From NCBI GenBank assembly GCA_046538415.1, contig JBKHIY010000009.1, positions 7,642 through 71,641 on the forward strand: a stretch of 64,000 nucleotides of DNA. Direction: 5' to 3'. The position numbers were made by a program, and so were the translations under genes. This DNA is from Candidatus Brocadiia bacterium. Its GTDB lineage: Bacteria; Planctomycetota; PUPC01; DSUN01. The notes below the pieces were generated by a model, which saw nothing but the letters and a program-made list of their open reading frames with translations, made no database searches and was not told the origin of the DNA. This document shows, one piece after another, positions 61,385 to 64,000 of the stretch; within the stretch, counting starts at the first letter, position 1, and the number at the start of each line of letters is the position of its first letter.

Positions 61385-62986
61385 ATGCCAGAAGTCCAGT
61401 CCCAGGCACAGCAGTTCGATTTCTACAAGTACCTCCGTGTCCTGTGGCGACGCAAGTGGCTGCTGATCATTCCGCTGGCCATTTGCGTGCCCTTCTCCCT
61501 GTGGCTCGCCTACATCTACCCCACCGAATATGAGTCCCGGGCCGTCCTGGAGCTTCGGGACAACCGGCCGGTGGGCGAAGAGCGGCCCCTGCGCATCGAC
61601 GTGAGCCGCGAGCTGGAAGCGGTGCGCATGACGATGCTCAGCTGGAACGCCGTGCGGGAGGTGATCCTGAGCCGCAAGGTGGAGTTCCCCGTCGAGGTGG
61701 ACCCCGATGACCGGCGGCAGATCGAGCGCATCTACCACAAGATCGCCAAGGGCACGCGGATGTCGGCCCGCGGCGCCCGCCACCTGATCGTCACCTACCG
61801 CAGCCGCTACCCCGAGCTCAACTACACCCTCATCAACGAGCTGGTCAAGAAGTTCGTGGGCGAGGACCGCGAGGAGGCCCAGGACAAGGCCCGCAAGGAC
61901 CTCAAGTACTACAGCGAGAAGCTGGCGGTGGCCAAGGCCCGCCTGGGCGAGATCGACAGCCAGATCCGCGAGTTCCACTCCGCCAATCCCTGGCTCACCG
62001 ACACCCTGCCCGAGCTCCAGAAGCAGTACGAGGACGCCCAGGAGCGCGAGCTCGCCGTGCGTCAGGAGCTCAAGGAGTGCCAGGCCCAGATCGAAGAGGT
62101 GGAGAAGGAGCTCAAGAAAGAGAAGCCGGAGATCCACATCACCCGCAAGGTGGAGCCCTCCGAAGAGGTCCGGGCCGCTCGCGAAGGTTACGCCGAGGCG
62201 GAGCGCTACTTCAAGGCCATGAAGTCCCGCTACACCCCCGCTCACCGCGACTACCAGAAGGCGGCCCGCATGTTCGCCGAGGCCGAGGCCAACCTCAAGG
62301 AGGTCGACCAGGGCGAGCAGACCATCGAGGAGACGGTGCCCAACCCCAAGTACGAGGAGCTGGCCAGCCGCCTCGAACAGCTCAAGAAGAAGGCCGAGCG
62401 CCTCCAGCAGCGTCAGCTCCTGGAGAACAAGAAGGTCAGCGAGCTGTACGTCAAGGTGCGCCGGGCCCCCGAGCTGCTGGCCCAGAAGCGGGCCCTCCAG
62501 GAGGACCGCGCCGCGGCGGCGGCCACCGTGGAGGACTACACCAAGGGCGCCCGGGCCGCCGACAAGAAGCTCCAGCGGCTGATGACCGAGGCCTACAGCA
62601 CCCGCTACGTGGTGCGGGAGTACGCCCGCGACGACCGCACGCCGGTCAAGAGCACCCAGACCAAGATCGTGGCCCTGGGGGTGCTGCTCGGCCTCCTGGT
62701 GGGTGTGGGGCTGGTGGCCCTGATCGAGTACCTCGACCAGACGTTCAAGACCATCGACGACGCCCGGGCCTACCTGGGCATCCCGGCCCTGGGCATCGTG
62801 CCCGCCATCTACACCCCGCGGGACCACCGCCGACGGCTGTGGTTCCGCGTCCTGGCCGCCAGCTCCGCGGTGTTCGTGGTGGGGGTGGCGGTGGCCATCT
62901 ACGTGATGATCCCCAGCGTACACGAGTTCTTCCGCAACACTGCCTGGGTGAAGTTCAAGGAATTCGTCGGCTACTCCCAGTGGTGA
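61385..62986 (+). CDS. polysaccharide chain-length determinant (Wzz/GumC/EpsF-like; no kinase domain)
   Basis: Inner part of ORF 61307..62986, ATG 61385. YKYLRVLWRRKWLLIIPLAICVPFSLWLAYIYPTEYESRAVLEL is followed by a long coiled-coil periplasmic region. C-terminal TM segments are present. Confidence 0.8.
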   Translation: MPEVQSQAQQFDFYKYLRVLWRRKWLLIIPLAICVPFSLWLAYIYPTEYESRAVLELRDNRPVGEERPLRIDVSRELEAVRMTMLSWNAVREVILSRKVEFPVEVDPDDRRQIERIYHKIAKGTRMSARGARHLIVTYRSRYPELNYTLINELVKKFVGEDREEAQDKARKDLKYYSEKLAVAKARLGEIDSQIREFHSANPWLTDTLPELQKQYEDAQERELAVRQELKECQAQIEEVEKELKKEKPEIHITRKVEPSEEVRAAREGYAEAERYFKAMKSRYTPAHRDYQKAARMFAEAEANLKEVDQGEQTIEETVPNPKYEELASRLEQLKKKAERLQQRQLLENKKVSELYVKVRRAPELLAQKRALQEDRAAAAATVEDYTKGARAADKKLQRLMTEAYSTRYVVREYARDDRTPVKSTQTKIVALGVLLGLLVGVGLVALIEYLDQTFKTIDDARAYLGIPALGIVPAIYTPRDHRRRLWFRVLAASSAVFVVGVAVAIYVMIPSVHEFFRNTAWVKFKEFVGYSQW

Positions 62987-63021
62987 GCGGATAGTCCCTG
63001 GGCCTGCGGTGGGACGAGCCC

Positions 63022-64000
63022 ATGTACGAGAAGTACTACGGCTTCGACGAGAAGCCCTTCAACCTGACGCCCGACCCGGACTACTTCTTCCTCAGTTCGG
63101 TCCACAAGCGGGCCCTCGACTACCTGGTCTACGGCCTGGAGTCGGGGATGGGCTTCATCCAGATCACCGGGGAGATCGGCTCGGGCAAGACTACCCTGAT
63201 CAAGTGCCTGCTGCGGAACCTCAGCCGCCAGGTCAAGGTGGCCTACGTGCTCCACTCCAAGGGCACCTTCCTCCAGCTCCTCCGCATGGTGCTGGAGGAC
63301 CTGGAGGTGTTGGGCATCGACCAGAAGCTCTCCAAGGAGGCCCTCCTCAGCCGGTTCCGCGACTACCTGGTGGCCCAGGCCCGCCGCCACAATAGCGTGG
63401 TGATCATCATCGACGAAGCGCAGAACCTCCAGCTCGACGTGCTGGAGGAGCTGCGCATGCTGTCCAACTTCGAGACCGAGAAGTCCAAGCTCCTCCAGAT
63501 CGTGCTGGTCGGCCAGCCCGAGCTGCGCGACCTGCTGCGCCGCGCCGAGCTGGAGCAGCTCCGTCAGCGGATCACCGTGCGTTTCCACCTCTATCCCCTC
63601 AACGAGCAGGAGACCCGCAGCTACATCCAGCACCGCCTCCGCGTGGCCGGCTCGGACGGCCGCGTGCGGTTCACCGCCGGCGCCTGTCAGCTCATCCACC
63701 GCTACGCCCGGGGCCTGCCCCGCCTGATCAACGTGGCCTGCGACGCCGCGCTGCTGGCCGGCTTCGTGGAGGAGCGGCGGGTGTTCAACGAGCGCTTCGT
63801 GCGCGACGCCCTGCTGGAGCTGGCCGACGAGCGGCCCGAGCTGCTCGCCCCCCAGGAGGGGGGAGCCGCGGCCGAGCCGGTGCTGGAGCGGCCCGCTCGC
63901 CGCGGCGGCCTGGTCGTGGCCCTGGTGGCCGCGGTCCTGGCCCTGGGCCTGGCCGGCGTGCTGGCCGTGGCCCACAGCCAGATGGCCAACGGCGGCGGGG
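63022..64000 (+). CDS. ExeA-like AAA ATPase (PEP-CTERM-locus secretion ATPase type); 3' end runs off the window
   Basis: Not in the ORF track because no stop lies in the window. Manual translation from ATG 63022 gives MYEKYYGFDEKPFNLTPDPDYFFLSSVHKRALDYLVYGLESGMGFIQITGEIGSGKTTLIK.. (Walker A), VVIIIDEAQNL (Walker B) and LVGQPEL. The frame is open to 64000. Confidence 0.8.
   Translation, partial: MYEKYYGFDEKPFNLTPDPDYFFLSSVHKRALDYLVYGLESGMGFIQITGEIGSGKTTLIKCLLRNLSRQVKVAYVLHSKGTFLQLLRMVLEDLEVLGIDQKLSKEALLSRFRDYLVAQARRHNSVVIIIDEAQNLQLDVLEELRMLSNFETEKSKLLQIVLVGQPELRDLLRRAELEQLRQRITVRFHLYPLNEQETRSYIQHRLRVAGSDGRVRFTAGACQLIHRYARGLPRLINVACDAALLAGFVEERRVFNERFVRDALLELADERPELLAPQEGGAAAEPVLERPARRGGLVVALVAAVLALGLAGVLAVAHSQMANGGG

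Overview
Very GC-rich bacterial chromosome segment (roughly 70% by eye, not computed) from a diderm, since L- and P-ring genes are present. All family calls come from reading motifs in the supplied translations; no homology search was run. Layout: (i) 1-6.2 kb holds secreted hydrolases, a URO-D-like protein, an Fe-S aldo/keto reductase and an HPP membrane protein. (ii) 6.4-8.6 kb holds a PEP-CTERM surface protein (2 ConA-like domains + PA14) behind a sigma-54-type promoter. (iii) 8.8-11.4 kb is a c-di-GMP module: degenerate receiver, HD-GYP, PilZ-pseudoreceiver. (iv) 11.8-59.8 kb is a nearly continuous flagellar super-cluster. It contains flgM with two lipoproteins; flgBC-fliEFGHIJ-ylxF/motE-like-flbD-motA-motB-motB'-fliLMN; fliC-flaG-fliD-fliS; flgFGAHI-flgJ(N)-flgN-flgKL-fliW-csrA; a fliY-like gene; and fliK-flgD-flgE. 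(v) 60.1-64 kb is the start of a PEP-CTERM-type EPS export locus (small MerR HTH, Wza-like, Wzz-like, ExeA-like ATPase). No export-gate genes (fliPQR/flhAB), fliA, rpoN, tRNA, rRNA, CRISPR, transposase or integrase were seen. Main hunt results: (1) An 8 kb translationally coupled block (28.2-36.3 kb) sits directly upstream of flgB. It reads EBP2, sensor-less HK2, a REC-pseudoPP2C-RsbW-kinase fusion, STAS, three envelope TPR proteins (one TM-anchored, one with an STN domain), a FlgN-like protein, PAS-HK1 and EBP1. I know of no described flagellar checkpoint with this architecture, and it is my best candidate for an undescribed system. (2) Nine well-placed sigma-54 promoter motifs tie flagellar, c-di-GMP, PEP-CTERM and EPS genes into one apparent regulon. 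(3) One motA is followed by two tandem motB paralogs. (4) A complete FliW-CsrA-flagellin circuit is present, with a sigma-28 promoter and a GGA-loop hairpin in the fliC leader. (5) A lower-GC 1.6 kb insertion (BldC-like MerR HTH + Rep-like winged-helix protein) splits csrA from fliC. (6) FlgK and FliD share an insertion domain, and FlgE carries a tandem domain duplication. (7) Two heptanucleotide tandem-repeat arrays lie in one intergenic region.
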